This document shows, piece after piece, positions 11,130 through 22,592 of a stretch of 48,646 nucleotides of DNA. The stretch is from Octopus bimaculoides (lineage: Eukaryota): positions 113,263,710 to 113,312,355 of the forward strand of contig NC_068986.1 in the NCBI RefSeq assembly GCF_001194135.2, written 5' to 3'. The position numbers and the translations under genes were made by a program. Position 1 is the first letter of the stretch; each line of letters begins with the position of its first letter. Below the pieces are notes generated by a model that saw nothing but the letters and a program-made list of their open reading frames with translations, was not told where the DNA came from and searched no databases.

Positions 11130-11796
11130 NNNNNNNNNNNNNNNNNNNNNNNNNNNNNNNNNNNNNNNNNNNNNNNNNNNNNNNNNNNNNNNNNNNNNNN
11201 NNNNNNNNNNNNNNNNNNNNNNNNNNNNNNNNNNNNNNNNNNNNNNNNNNNNNNNNNNNNNNNNNNNNNNNNNNNNNNNNNNNNNNNNNNNNNNNNNNNN
11301 NNNNNNNNNNNNNNNNNNNNNNNNNNNNNNNNNNNNNNNNNNNNNNNNNNNNNNNNNNNNNNNNNNNNNNNNNNNNNNNNNNNNNNNNNNNNNNNNNNNN
11401 NNNNNNNNNNNNNNNNNNNNNNNNNNNNNNNNNNNNNNNNNNNNNNNNNNNNNNNNNNNNNNNNNNNNNNNNNNNNNNNNNNNNNNNNNNNNNNNNNNNN
11501 NNNNNNNNNNNNNNNNNNNNNNNNNNNNNNNNNNNNNNNNNNNNNNNNNNNNNNNNNNNNNNNNNNNNNNNNNNNNNNNNNNNNNNNNNNNNNNNNNNNN
11601 NNNNNNNNNNNNNNNNNNNNNNNNNNNNNNNNNNNNNNNNNNNNNNNNNNNNNNNNNNNNNNNNNNNNNNNNNNNNNNNNNNNNNNNNNNNNNNNNNNNN
11701 NNNNNNNNNNNNNNNNNNNNNNNNNNNNNNNNNNNNNNNNNNNNNNNNNNNNNNNNNNNNNNNNNNNNNNNNNNNNNNNNNNNNNNNNNNNNNNNN

Positions 11797-11838
<42 letters not shown>

Positions 11839-12640
11839 GGTGTGTGTGTATGTGTGTGTGTGTTCTTGTGTGTGTGTGTGTGTGTGTGAGAGTGTTTATA
11901 TACACATATTGATAGATAGATAGGCATACACACACATACGTACATGTATGTATACACACACACACACACAAACACATATATACATATGTATACATATAAT
12001 CACTTTTAATTTCATATATATGCATACATCCACACACACGCACGCACATGCACACATATACATATATACTTCCCATTAGTACAAAGTGATGCGTTTGCAT
12101 CAGAATGTTGTTGTTTTTCTTTAATTTTCTCTCTGTGAATCTAAATACTTGTTTACAAGCAAGCATTTCTATCGCTATTCATATACAAACACAAACAACA
12201 CTTATATATGGTGATTAACGAAACTTCCTCCCATGTCAATTTATCATGACTTCATATATTCTCTTATTTATTTCTACAAAATTCTCAAATAGTCTTATCA
12301 ATAGCATTTTGTTATATCTCTTTCTATCCATGTGTAGTAGTAGACTGATTGCATACTTTTTATTCCTCATCTATGTATAAATATAATGTCTGACATTATA
12401 TTTATGTGCTTTATCATAGTTCATGGTAATACACACGCGCGCGTACTCAGAAGAACTCAGACACGAGTATAAATATATACACACGCACATACGCACATAT
12501 ATTACTCTACCTCCAGTATTCGAGTACTATTTCTTCCACTCTATTTCACAAACGAAGACCAAACACAAGAAAAAAAAAAACTACATCACGCAGACGTGGT
12601 ACATGCAAAGTATTAGCAGATGCTTAGGGAAGGAAAGAAA

Positions 12641-12770
12641 GGTAGTTCTACGTTTCGAGCAAAGCACTTGGACTTTCCTCCGTCTCTTGTCAGAAACCGG
12701 AGAAAAGTCCAAGAGAAAAGGAAGACGGAGGGTAAAAATCGCCAACGATTCACATGTGGTTACATTTTGA
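12641..12770 (-). ncRNA. Minimal (Penelope-type) hammerhead-ribozyme-like motif, probably inactivated
   Basis: Minus strand reads GUUU-CUGAC(-)AA-GAG[19 nt insertion]C UUU GCUC-GAAA-C-GUA-GAAC. It has stem I GUUU/GAAC, stem II GAGC/GCUC once the insertion is removed, a GAAA core and a GUA cleavage triplet. One core G is missing. Confidence 0.5.
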
Positions 12771-13229
12771 AAATGTATATATATATATAAAGGTAAAACA
12801 AAATACAGGGAGATCAGGGAATTATGATTATATTCAACTTATCCCCCTCTCACATTCATGCACTTATGGCAGCGGTCTTTCGGTTTATCTAAGCCCTATA
12901 AAAGGAAGTGGAACATCGGGCTTCTAGCCCGGTCTTTGGCGACACCTTTAAAAACTAGAATTTTTCAGCATCCCCACCTATGTTAAGGTATCTATCATAC
13001 GTATATTCGCGCGCACGTATGTGTGTCCTTTTTTCTGACTGTCGGAATACAGATTGGTCCGTGTCATACTAGAGAGTAATAATATATTTCATTTCGGTTA
13101 TATATATATATATATATATACTGTAATACACAAATATCGAAGATGCATAATACTCCATTCTTCTTTAGAATGTGTTGATTATAGACATATAAAGGAGGAA
13201 ATTCCCAAAGGTAGGTGTAAATATTATTT

Positions 13230-13437
13230 CTTTATTGCCCACAGGGAACTAAACATAGAGGTGACAAACAAGGGCAAAGGTTTTAAGTTGATTACATCGA
13301 CCCCAGTGCATAGGTGGTACTTATTTAATCGACTCCCATACGATGAAAAGCAAAGTCGACTGTATTGGAGTTTGAACTCAGAATGTAACGGCAGACGAAA
13401 TACTGCTAAGCATTTCGCCCGGCGTGCTAACGATTCT
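13230..13437 (-). mobile_element. SINE of the main family, tail type 1
   Basis: Reverse complement aligns along its length with 37672-37903, including the TTTGTC.CCTCT.TGTTTAG...CCTGTGGGCAATAAAG tail. Confidence 0.88.
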
Positions 13438-14084
13438 ACACACACAGATGTTATATTTCCCCTCCGCATATCATATTTGAATGAGACTGTATATATTTTT
13501 ATTTTTTAGAAAGATATCTTATATAATTCTATTCATATCGATAAATTTTGCTATCGTTTTACACTTCGAAATATTTAAATGCCTTTTCAATTGACGATTC
13601 TTGTCTTTATTACGCCATTTCCATTGTTTTCCAAATAACTTTTCAAATATGATATACTTGAATCTCTTCTATAATATACAGAAAAAATTGACTGCATAGC
13701 CGCCATTGTCGCTCTGATTATCACCTCCTCACCTCTAGCCTATTCTATTTTTTACCTCTTGAATTCTTGTAATAAAATATATATTTAATACTTTTAAAAT
13801 AATTTATTATAGTAGTCCCAACTGTAAAATTTTGATGTATTCCTCTTTAGTTTCTCTACCTAGGATTCTTTTCCCTTCTTTCAACGCTCATGCAGACTTT
13901 TCCACTCATTGCTTACAACTACACCAATTATGCGCATTTATCCTGAACATATAATGTTCAATTTATCTCTGTCGCTCATCTACTCTATCTTCCCCTCTCT
14001 ATAGGGTCTAAAGCGTGATTGGAGGAACCAAACACCAACATCTTTATCGGCTTTCAGATATCTTTATATATATATATATATACA

Positions 14085-14127
<43 letters not shown>

Positions 14128-14170
14128 GTGTATTCCTCAAAATAGTTTTCAATAGACACAATTTAACATG

Positions 14171-14807
14171 TAAATTATATGTTCGTATGAGATCGCCCGA
14201 AATTGTAAATCCTTTCTGAAATATAAAAACTCGAAAGTTTAATGCATTGCAAAATCCAAAATATAGAAAATATGTATGGTTAGTTCAAAAAGAGCGAATA
14301 TTTAAGTCCAGAGATCAAATTCATACATATCCTACGCCTGTTTCGGGAAAGGTATTTCAGAATCGGTGGACTATTTGTACCCGTCTCAAATATATACATT
14401 TCCTTCATAAGGGATTATTAGAAAAATTCAAAAATCGTTGAATAGATTGTAATTGACGTCATACTTCGATAAATATTTTTTCAGATAACTGAGTTATCTG
14501 AACAGATTTTTATCACCATGCAAAGTGTGAGGCTTTTTAAAATCTCTTAGATGATTTTTTTAAAGTTTGATAGTAATCATTTATGAAAGAAGTATATACA
14601 TTCGAGATGGGTACAAATAATCCACCTATTCTGAAATACTTTCTCGAAACAGCCGTAGGATCTGTATGACTACGATTTCTGGACACATGCATCTTTTTAA
14701 TAGTTTCCATTTTGCAATACATTGATCCTGTACATATAACCTTCAACTTTGTCATGTTTTAGAAAGGATTTACAGCTTCAAGCGATTTCATGCCGATATA
14801 TAATTTA
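14171..14807. mobile_element. ~640-bp imperfect palindrome (fold-back element) centred on 14491
   Basis: Perfect central TTCAGATAACT-G-AGTTATCTGAA. Arms align throughout, e.g. CATACATATCCTACGCCTGTTTCGGGAAAGGTATTTCAGAATCGGTGGACTATTTGTACCC versus the reverse complement of ~14608-14668, and TGTAAATCCTTTCT versus AGAAAGGATTTACA. Confidence 0.85.
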
Positions 14808-15214
14808 TATTTATATATTATATTTATATATTATGTTTTATATANNNNNNNNNNNNNNNNNNNNNNNNNNNNNNNNNNNNNNNNNNNNNNNNNNNNNNNN
14901 NNNNNNNNNNNNNNNNNNNNNNNNNNNNNNNNNNNNNNNNNNNNNNNNNNNNNNNNNNNNNNNNNNNNNNNNNNNNTTTTTTGTATTTATATCATATATT
15001 CTATATGATGAATTGTGACATTCGAAAAACATTTTGAGGAACATAATGTGCTTTTTTTTTTGGTGGAGGGTGTCAATATCTCGAAAGTTGCATTTTCATT
15101 GAAATCTACATTCCTCCATATTCTCTTAGCTCTATTTACTGAGCGCCATCTTATTGTTCTGTATCGAAAATTCATTTCCTTCTATTTTGAACTCATGATT
15201 CCTAAATCGCTTAA

Positions 15215-15258
15215 TGCGTTGTGTTCTTGAGCAAAACCCTTCATTTCACGTTGCTCCG
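15215..15258 (+). mobile_element. Short internal fragment of a tRNA-derived SINE
   Basis: GTTGTGTTCTTGAGCAAAACCCTTCATTTCACGTTGCTCC resembles the conserved CCTTGAGCAAG.CACTT SINE body downstream of a B box; isolated. Confidence 0.35.
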
Positions 15259-15467
15259 CTGCCAAATGACCGGTGTCCAGTTGAGGATGGTATATACACT
15301 GTACAGAAACTGCGCAAACCAAGAAAGTGTCCCTAAGACTCTGCATAACATTGGAAGATGCTTTACACATATCAGAAATCTTTAGATACCGTTTTATTTT
15401 TGGAAAGGCATATATCATTTCGTGGAGATGTACTAATCTGAGATCATGTGCTGAAACAAAAAATGTA

Positions 15468-15713
15468 CAGCGTCGAAAGTGTTTATAAGCCATTTAAAAA
15501 CACACAGACGCCGTTAGATACATTTCAACATTTAAATTTAATTTGTCGAAATAATTTCGTCGCTTTGAAACCATGACCTGTTCGCTGACAAAATTCGGAA
15601 CAGGTCTCGGTTTCAAAGCGTCGAAAATATTTTGACAAAGTAAATTTAAAAGTTGAAGTGTATCTAACGGTTTTTGTGTATTTTTAAATGGCTTATAAAC
15701 ACCTTCCACGCTG
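15468..15713. mobile_element. Hairpin MITE with ~115-bp terminal inverted repeats and a 16-nt core; probably Tc1/mariner-derived
   Basis: 15476-15500 versus the reverse complement of 15681-15705 is 24/25 identical, and pairing continues to GACCTGTT/AACAGGTC around loop 15583-15598. Termini are TA|CAGCG...CGCTG|AA (one TA flank altered). Confidence 0.85.
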
Positions 15714-15845
15714 AAATTGCGTATATCATTACTATGAATTTAATAAGTTAACCTTCCAAATAGTCTTAATTCCAGAGCGAAGAAGACAGTTTTAGCAACA
15801 ATAGAAACACACCGAGTGAACACTGTCACAGCTGACTAATTTGCA

Positions 15846-16885
15846 GAATCTATTTGAGATGTGATGCTCAGCATACTATAAAATTTGGTGTTAAACTGGG
15901 GGAAAATGCTACAGAGAAAAATGAAATACTTTTGGTTGTTAATATATTAACTTGCATGAAGCGAGTAACTCTTTTGGCTGGTACAGTGACAGTAAAGCGT
16001 AGATGAGAGATGATGAGAGAAAGAAGAGGGAGAACGATGTCTGAACATCAGAGCTGTTTAAGAAATTTCGCGAATGTCTGGAAGAAGGCTTTTGTGTGTC
16101 AATAGAGCCTAAATGCAACCAGATTGAAATTGGTGTGGCAAATGTACACAGAATTATTCATAAAGGACTGAATATGCACAAAATGTGTACGAGCTTTGTA
16201 CGCAGAGTACTCAGTGACGAGCAGAAGAAAAGATGAATTCGAGGTAGCACGCGTATGGTTGAGGTCGTTACCTCCAGTCCAAGGGTACTAGAATATTTTC
16301 TGGCCTGTGACAAAAGCTGTCATGCTTAAGGTCCCAAAACAGAGAGTACCGAATGAAACTTTCTTGGGTCTCTCAGACGCAAGAAGGCCAAGCAAAGTAA
16401 GTCCATCCTAAAGCTCATGACAATCATCTTTGTCGACAGCATGGTCATCATTTACATCGACTAGGTTCGTTGTGGCTAGACAGTTATCAAAGAGTAAATT
16501 GTAGAGGTTCTGAGAGACTTCTGAAAGAGGAAGAGATTCTATTGCAAAGGGCCAAGTTCAACCATTCGGATCAATGGTACATGTACCAGCACAATTCACC
16601 AGGCTACGATTCCGTCTTGGTTAGAAACTACTCGACAGAAATCATCATATCCACTGTTCCTCACCCTCCCTACTGCCGACAAATCTCCTATCTCCTTTGC
16701 CATTCAGTTGTTCCACAAGCTGAAAGTAGAGCATCGGCTACAGTCGTTTTTAACACATTGAGAAGGCGGAAGAGGATGTGACAAGAGTCCTGGACAGCTT
16801 CACTTTGGGGACTTTCAGTGGGGCTTCAGAATGTGGCTGCAACGTTACAAATGCATTGACATAAGAGGGTCCTAATCAGAAGGAG
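15846..16885 (+). pseudogene. Degraded mariner transposase
   Basis: Motifs in order across frameshifts and stops: HTIKFGVKLGENATE, MHKMCTSFVRRVLSDEQK (WVPRxL equivalent), LACDKS (TGDExW), KKAKQSKSILKLMTIIFVD, WYMYQHNSPGY (HDNAPAH), VPHPPY, LFHKLK, KCIDIRG. TIRs not identified. Confidence 0.88.
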
Positions 16886-16953
16886 TTTGGGGTTTGTATG
16901 TCTTTGAAGTAAATGTCTCTCTTCAAAAAATTTCAAACCACTAGGAATGTACC

Positions 16954-16984
<31 letters not shown>

Positions 16985-18845
16985 CGTATATATATATATA
17001 TANNNNNNNNNNNNNNNNNNNNNNNNNNNNNNNNNNNNNNNNNNNNNNNNNNNNNNNNNNNNNNNNNNNNNNNNNNNNNNNNNNNNNNNNNNNNNNNNNN
17101 NNNNNNNNNNNNNNNNNNNNNTATATACGTATGTATATGCGTGTGTGTGTGAGTGAGTGAGCGTGCATGTGTGTTTGTGTGTGTGTGCGTGTGCCTGTGT
17201 GTGTACAAATTTATGTATTTAAGTATGTATATTAGAATTTTGCAAGCATTAAATTATGTTTGTTTAACAGAGAATTACATATTTAGCTTTGAAAGTGTTC
17301 TTTTTTTTTTGGGGGGGGGGGTCTTTTTTCAAAAAATAGTTTCGATATACATTTGAACTGCTTTTAATTCCTCAATATATTTAACTAAAGGAGATTCAAC
17401 ATTTTGTCTATAATTAAATCACTTAATTGTTATTTATTACTGTTCTGGACATTTTTCTTCAGTTTTTCCAGACCCTCATTGACGGTGAAAACCACACTGA
17501 GTTAGTTTTCTTTCTCTACGATTGTAAGCCTGACATTTTTTTATGTCTGTCTATAGACATATGACCCAATGCTTGGTGCATCCACCATGATGACGACTTT
17601 TTGGCTCTTTTCTTTTATCTTTTTGCGAATCTGATGAAGTACTTCAAGCAGACAAGCAATATATTTTACCGGTGTAGAAATCTGTGACGGAACAATATTG
17701 TTATTTTGAATTTTATGATTGGTAATATTTTTCTCGCGGCACTTTCTGCCATTATAGAATTTTGTTGCTGCTTGGAAATAATTATACATTTTGTCAAAAT
17801 ATTACGTTGAGATATTTTGGGAAGTAATTCTTCTCTAAGGTAAAAATGATAAACTGATGCAGATTTGTTGAATATATGCATCACTGTGTGTGTATGTGTG
17901 TGTATGTGGGTGTGTGGATGAGGTGTAGAAGTATATGTATGCATATACACATACACGCTCACAAACGCCCCAACACATGTATATATAAATGGATGGATGA
18001 ATTGTTGGTATCTTGTACAGCTGATATTTTCTTACACCTTGGGTCGGCTTACACTTTGAGAGTGAGATGTGTAGACTAGATTGTATGTGTAATTCAAATT
18101 GTGTGACCTTTTCATATGCACACATACTGTGTCATGGTGTTTCTGCTGTAGAATTATGTGCCTATGTAAGCCTTAACCACATGTATCTTTAGTTTCAGTG
18201 TAGCTGTTTCATTTGAGTAAAAATCTAAATGTTTATCATAGAACGACGGAGATCCACTTGTCAGAATACATGAAACGGACAGATTGTGATATACTTATCG
18301 ATCGATCGATAAATAAATAAATAAATAGACAGAGAGAAGGTGAGGGAGTTAGAGAAAGAGAGAGAATCAGAGAGAGAGGCAGTGATTGAAAGAGATAAAC
18401 GGACGAAGAGACAAAAATATAAATAGACATCTGCAATGAATCTTTGGATAATTGATTAAGTACATACGTAATAAATATAATTGAAGTTGTTATAGATATT
18501 ATCTAATTTTAGTAAATTAAGCAAGCAATTTGGGATACAAAGAGAGAAGTAGACAGAGGACAAGGGACAGAAAGAGAGAAGAAATCATCACGAAATGCAT
18601 CGGCAGGAGACTTTCTGAGCTTCAATGTTGTCGAGCTAGTCTTTCGAAATATAGATCGGTCTCCATCAAATCATTCCCTTCGGTCTTAAAAAACGAACAT
18701 TTTACTCATCAAATACATCCTATCTGGAAAGATAAAAAGTGATAGAAAGATTCTCGATTTCCTTCACAGGGATTCTAAACTTGTATCTGTGTTTGTATAC
18801 ACAAACACGCATACACGCACATACATTTCTCTCTTTTTCTTCTGT

Positions 18846-18892
<47 letters not shown>

Positions 18893-19482
18893 NNNNNNNN
18901 NNNNNNNNNNNNNNNNNNNNNNNNNNNNNNNNNNNNNNNNNNNNNNNNNNNNNNNNNNNNNNNNNNNNNNNNNNNNNNNNNNNNNNNNNNNNNNNNNNNN
19001 NNNNNNNNNNNNNNNNNNNNNNNNNNNNNNNNNNNNNNNNNNNNNNNNNNNNNNNNNNNNNNNNNNNNNNNNNNNNNNNNNNNNNNNNNNNNNNNNNNNN
19101 NNNNNNNNNNNNNNNNTATATATATATATGTGTGTGTGTGTGTATGTGTGTGTGTGTGTGTGTGTGCTTGTGTGTGCGTCTGTGCGTCTGTGTGTCTGTG
19201 TAATCGTTTCTCTATTTGTGAACACACACGCATATGTAAATGTAGATATAACAGAACTATTATATTGTAAGTATTTCATATCGCCAAGTACAATCATTCA
19301 ATTGTCACTTGTACGTTACAGTTAAGCGACATCTGATATCTAAAATTTGCTAATATCAAGCTGCGAAGTCTCATGGGAAAGACAAACTGTCTCGAAAAGT
19401 GTATAGAAATCGAGCTTAGCACATGTGATCATCATTTTTGACGAACGTCTCCAGAAACAAAATCCACTTTCGAACGAATTGA

Positions 19483-20356
19483 TTGCGTCATCCCATAAAT
19501 AATGCGGGTTTTTCAATTGCATGAACTAAAAGTCGGAAGAGGACGGGATAAACTACCTGAATCAGCTTGCTATAAAAGCAGGTAGTAACTTTATTTTGTC
19601 CTTTTACTTCGAGCAAGCTTTGAAGAGTGCAGTTCCATTTTAACAGTTATATTTTCAAAGTATAATGGAAGTGACAAAGGAGCACGGAAAGTGCGAGGAA
19701 TATTAATGCAGTATATGTGGATCGGACAATAAGCGTAAGCCACTGTGAACAATGATTCCAGAAATTCCCCGCCGGAATCTACAGCCTCGAAGACGATCCT
19801 CGCCCTGGAAGACCTGTAGAGCTCAACGAGGACGTTCTGTAAACTCTGGTGAAAGAAAATACCATCGTAAGTGTTGACAAACGAAAAGAGAAGATTGGAT
19901 TTGGTTATTCAACCATTTATCGACACCTGCTGGCCATCAGAAAAGTCAGCAAATCGAGTCTGTGGGTTCCTCACAAAATTTCCGAGTCAAATGCTCTGCC
20001 ACATACAGCGAGGATAACATTCCAAAGTCTGGAACAGTTTGAATGAGAAACGATGCACCACCCACCATATTCTCCGGACATTTCTCCATCTGATTAGCAT
20101 TTATTCCGCAGTCTTCAAAATCATCAGGACGGAAAAAATATGAATTCTGTAGACGAGGTCAGAACAGTAGTGGAGGAGTATTTTTCGTCACTGACAAGTG
20201 AATTTTGGTAGTGGGGCCCTGCAAGTCTACCAGATAGATGGAAGAACATTGTAGAAAATGAAGGAGAGTATATTTTAAATTAAGAAAGAACTATGATTAT
20301 CTTAATTTTGAAAAATAAAAGTATAAAATTACCGCACTAATTATGAGATGGCCCAA
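19483..20356 (+). mobile_element. Internally deleted mariner element with both TIRs
   Basis: Left TTGCGTCATCCCATAAATAATGCGG matches the reverse complement of the right end, TTGGGCCATCTCATAATTAGTGCGG, with TA at 20357-58. ATG at 19665. Motifs include ESARNINAVY, SLEDDPRPGRP, LWVPHKI, HHPPYSPDISPSD*HLFRSLQ and LPDRWKNIVENEGEYI. Confidence 0.93.
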
Positions 20357-20509
20357 TACTTCAATTGTATGTTCATCTTTATTTTATAGTTTGTCTATGG
20401 ATATTTCGTGCTCTTCTGATAATAAATAGAGAAAAATTCACTCTTTGCAACAAATGTATTCTAATATCACTGGATTAAGTTATTTCACACCAAAAATAAT
20501 GTGGCAAGG

Positions 20510-21006
20510 TGCAGACATAATTCTGTTGTAAGATATTTGCGTGTCAATCACATAGTTCCGAGTTCAGTTCTACCTCATGGCACACCAACCTCAGCAAGTA
20601 TATCCCCAATACCGTGTGTGTGTGGATGTGGTATAAAGTGAAAGACAATCTTCGTAAGCGTGTGTTTGTATATATATATATATATATTACAGAAGAAAAG
20701 TAAATTTGGAATGCAGTATAACTGGAAACAACAGAAAGACTGAATATTTTACGTTTATGAGACGGAAAAAAGGTCTCTGAGGAGTGCGTGTTCGATTCTT
20801 GAAGCCGTCTGCTGGCATCTTTGTTTTCCGTCTTATAAGGGGCAGGTAATTATACCCAATCTTATCAGGTATTTCCATGGCCATATTGCGTTGGAAAAGT
20901 ACTGTTTATAAAATGCTGTCATATATATATATATAAATAGATACATATATAAATAGATACATGCACACACACACATATATATATAGATATATAGATAGAT
21001 AGATAT

Positions 21007-21065
<59 letters not shown>

Positions 21066-21250
21066 TGCGTACGTGCATGTGTTTGTGTTTGACTGCACCA
21101 GTGCTTGACAATCGGTGTTGGTTTTTCGGTTCGGCAAAAAGCACCGATTTACTACCAGACTTTAAAAAATACGTAACGGGGTCGATTTGTGCGACTTAAT
21201 CCTTCAACGCTGTACTCTGTTACAGCTACAGTCCAATGAGTAAAACGTGT
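20510..21250 (+). mobile_element. Second SINE family, degenerate and split by an expanded internal microsatellite region
   Basis: The 5' part (20510-20680) has a B-box-like GTTCCGAGTTCAGTTC followed by TGGCAC...CAAGT. The 3' part (21075-21250) has GCTTGACAATCGGTG...GGTTCGGCAAAA...GGGGTCGATTTG, sharing the GGGGTCGAT motif with the main SINE. Linking the two halves is inference. Confidence 0.5.
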
Positions 21251-21770
21251 GAAAAAGAAAAGATCAAATACAGCATAACCTGCTCATTGTACATAGTAAG
21301 AATATTGATTTTGCGTTAAGAATTCATTCAAACATTACTGGGTTAATTTATTATTAACACCAACGGAAAAGAAAACTACAAAAACAAAAATTGCGATATT
21401 AGTTCTATCTTCAAATCAGTAACTAAATATAAAAGGGAATTGGGTCAGATAGTTCAGTATCAGGTGGCCAACCATAAGAAATCGTTATTTCACTTTAAAA
21501 AATAATTGGCTGGAGAGACAGAAAATGTCAAATTGGTTGCCCAGCTCTCTCGAAGCGGAAACTGATTTGGCACATTTTAGTTTATATACTTGTCCAAGAA
21601 GACCGATCGTCGAAACGAATTTGATAATAGGAAAAGAAATCACGAGAGAAACATAAAATTTACTTCAGAATCAGAATTGTCGCTATCAGTAAATGATCTG
21701 TTTTTCTTTAAATACTTCCAAAGTAATCCCTGGAATACCTGGTACTCTTTTTACCCCCAGATACATCCGT

Positions 21771-21771
<1 letters not shown>

Positions 21772-21850
<79 letters not shown>
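21772..21850. repeat. (TA)n(GA)n compound microsatellite
   Basis: Directly visible. Confidence 0.97.
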
Positions 21851-21853
<3 letters not shown>

Positions 21854-22452
21854 TATATCAAATGGATATGTTATAAAACTATTCCACCCATACAATATCA
21901 GTCATACCAACAATCCAAAACACCTTCCATCATCAGCTGCTCCACCCATATCACTATTGTTTCGGCACCTGAGCAGTACCATTCAATCCGGCAGTGTCAA
22001 CAGCACTAAAATAAGTGTTGTTTCGGAGCAAGCATACCTCAGATGTCACCACTTTCATTCAATCTTAATTCTAGTAAGAATTAAACACTAACTTTATTAA
22101 TTAAGCTACAACAAAGCAACACATTTACCATATGTACAACAGTATTGGTAAATAAATTCAATAAGTAAACCTATAACTAACTCCTAACTTATCTAGCTAA
22201 ATAGGGAAGAAGCCCTTGAAGTCCATACAAATAATATCCCCACCAGTCTTCCATAGTTATTAGTATAAACGAGAAATCTTTTATATTATATTCCCTCCGA
22301 AACAAAACATAATAATTTAACATTATTTCAGAATCTAAAAGTTAATATTTTAAACACTCCATACGTATTAAATAGTTGTTATCCTTACATGCTTTACTGT
22401 TAAACTTATGCCAGTAACTTGAAAGATAATACTAAAATATCCTTATGAACTA

Positions 22453-22518
22453 ATAAAAGAATACTTGTAATTAGCAAATATTATAAAAGAATACCTGTAA
22501 TTATAAATTATTATAAAG
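22453..22518. repeat. 30-bp tandem duplication (2.2 copies)
   Basis: ATAAAAGAATACTTGTAATTAGCAAATATT / ATAAAAGAATACCTGTAATTATAAATTATT / ATAAAG. Confidence 0.8.
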
Positions 22519-22534
22519 ATATGTTTGTTCTTAC

Positions 22535-22592
22535 GTCACCAACATCACAAAGGATGTTGCCTATGAGCATGACTCTTATAATTAGGTTATCA
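22535..22592 (-). CDS. Candidate 58-nt coding exon with a ribonuclease-inhibitor-type LRR pattern
   Basis: Acceptor ...tttgatttaaatacag|, donor GAC|gtaaga, locally GC-richer than its very AT-rich flanks. The only open frame gives DNLIIRVMLIGNILCDVGD (IxxVxLxxNxLxDxG). No transcript evidence. Confidence 0.3.

Noticed and set aside
12890-12950. TATAAAAG followed by a small GGGCT/AGCCC hairpin
   Set aside because: An isolated TATA-like word in AT-rich DNA, with no downstream initiator or exon evidence.
15720-16950. Terminal inverted repeats for the mariner at 15846-16885
   Set aside because: No left-side match to the candidate right end (AAAAAATTTCAAACCACTAGG) was found by eye, so the element boundaries are left undefined.
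17560-17690. Exon-like segment on either strand (YIACLLEVLHQIRKK... / NAWCIHHDDDF...)
   Set aside because: No convincing donor on the minus strand, and the plus-strand frames hit stops next to the acceptor.
21593-21618. Second hammerhead-like motif CCAAGAA-GAC-CGATC-GTC-GAAAC
   Set aside because: Core CUGA is not present, stem II is only 3 bp, and there is no NUH/stem I.
22190-22300. Minus-strand frame ...MEDWWGYYLYGLQGLLPYLAR*
   Set aside because: Atypical GAG acceptor, short, and no recognised family.
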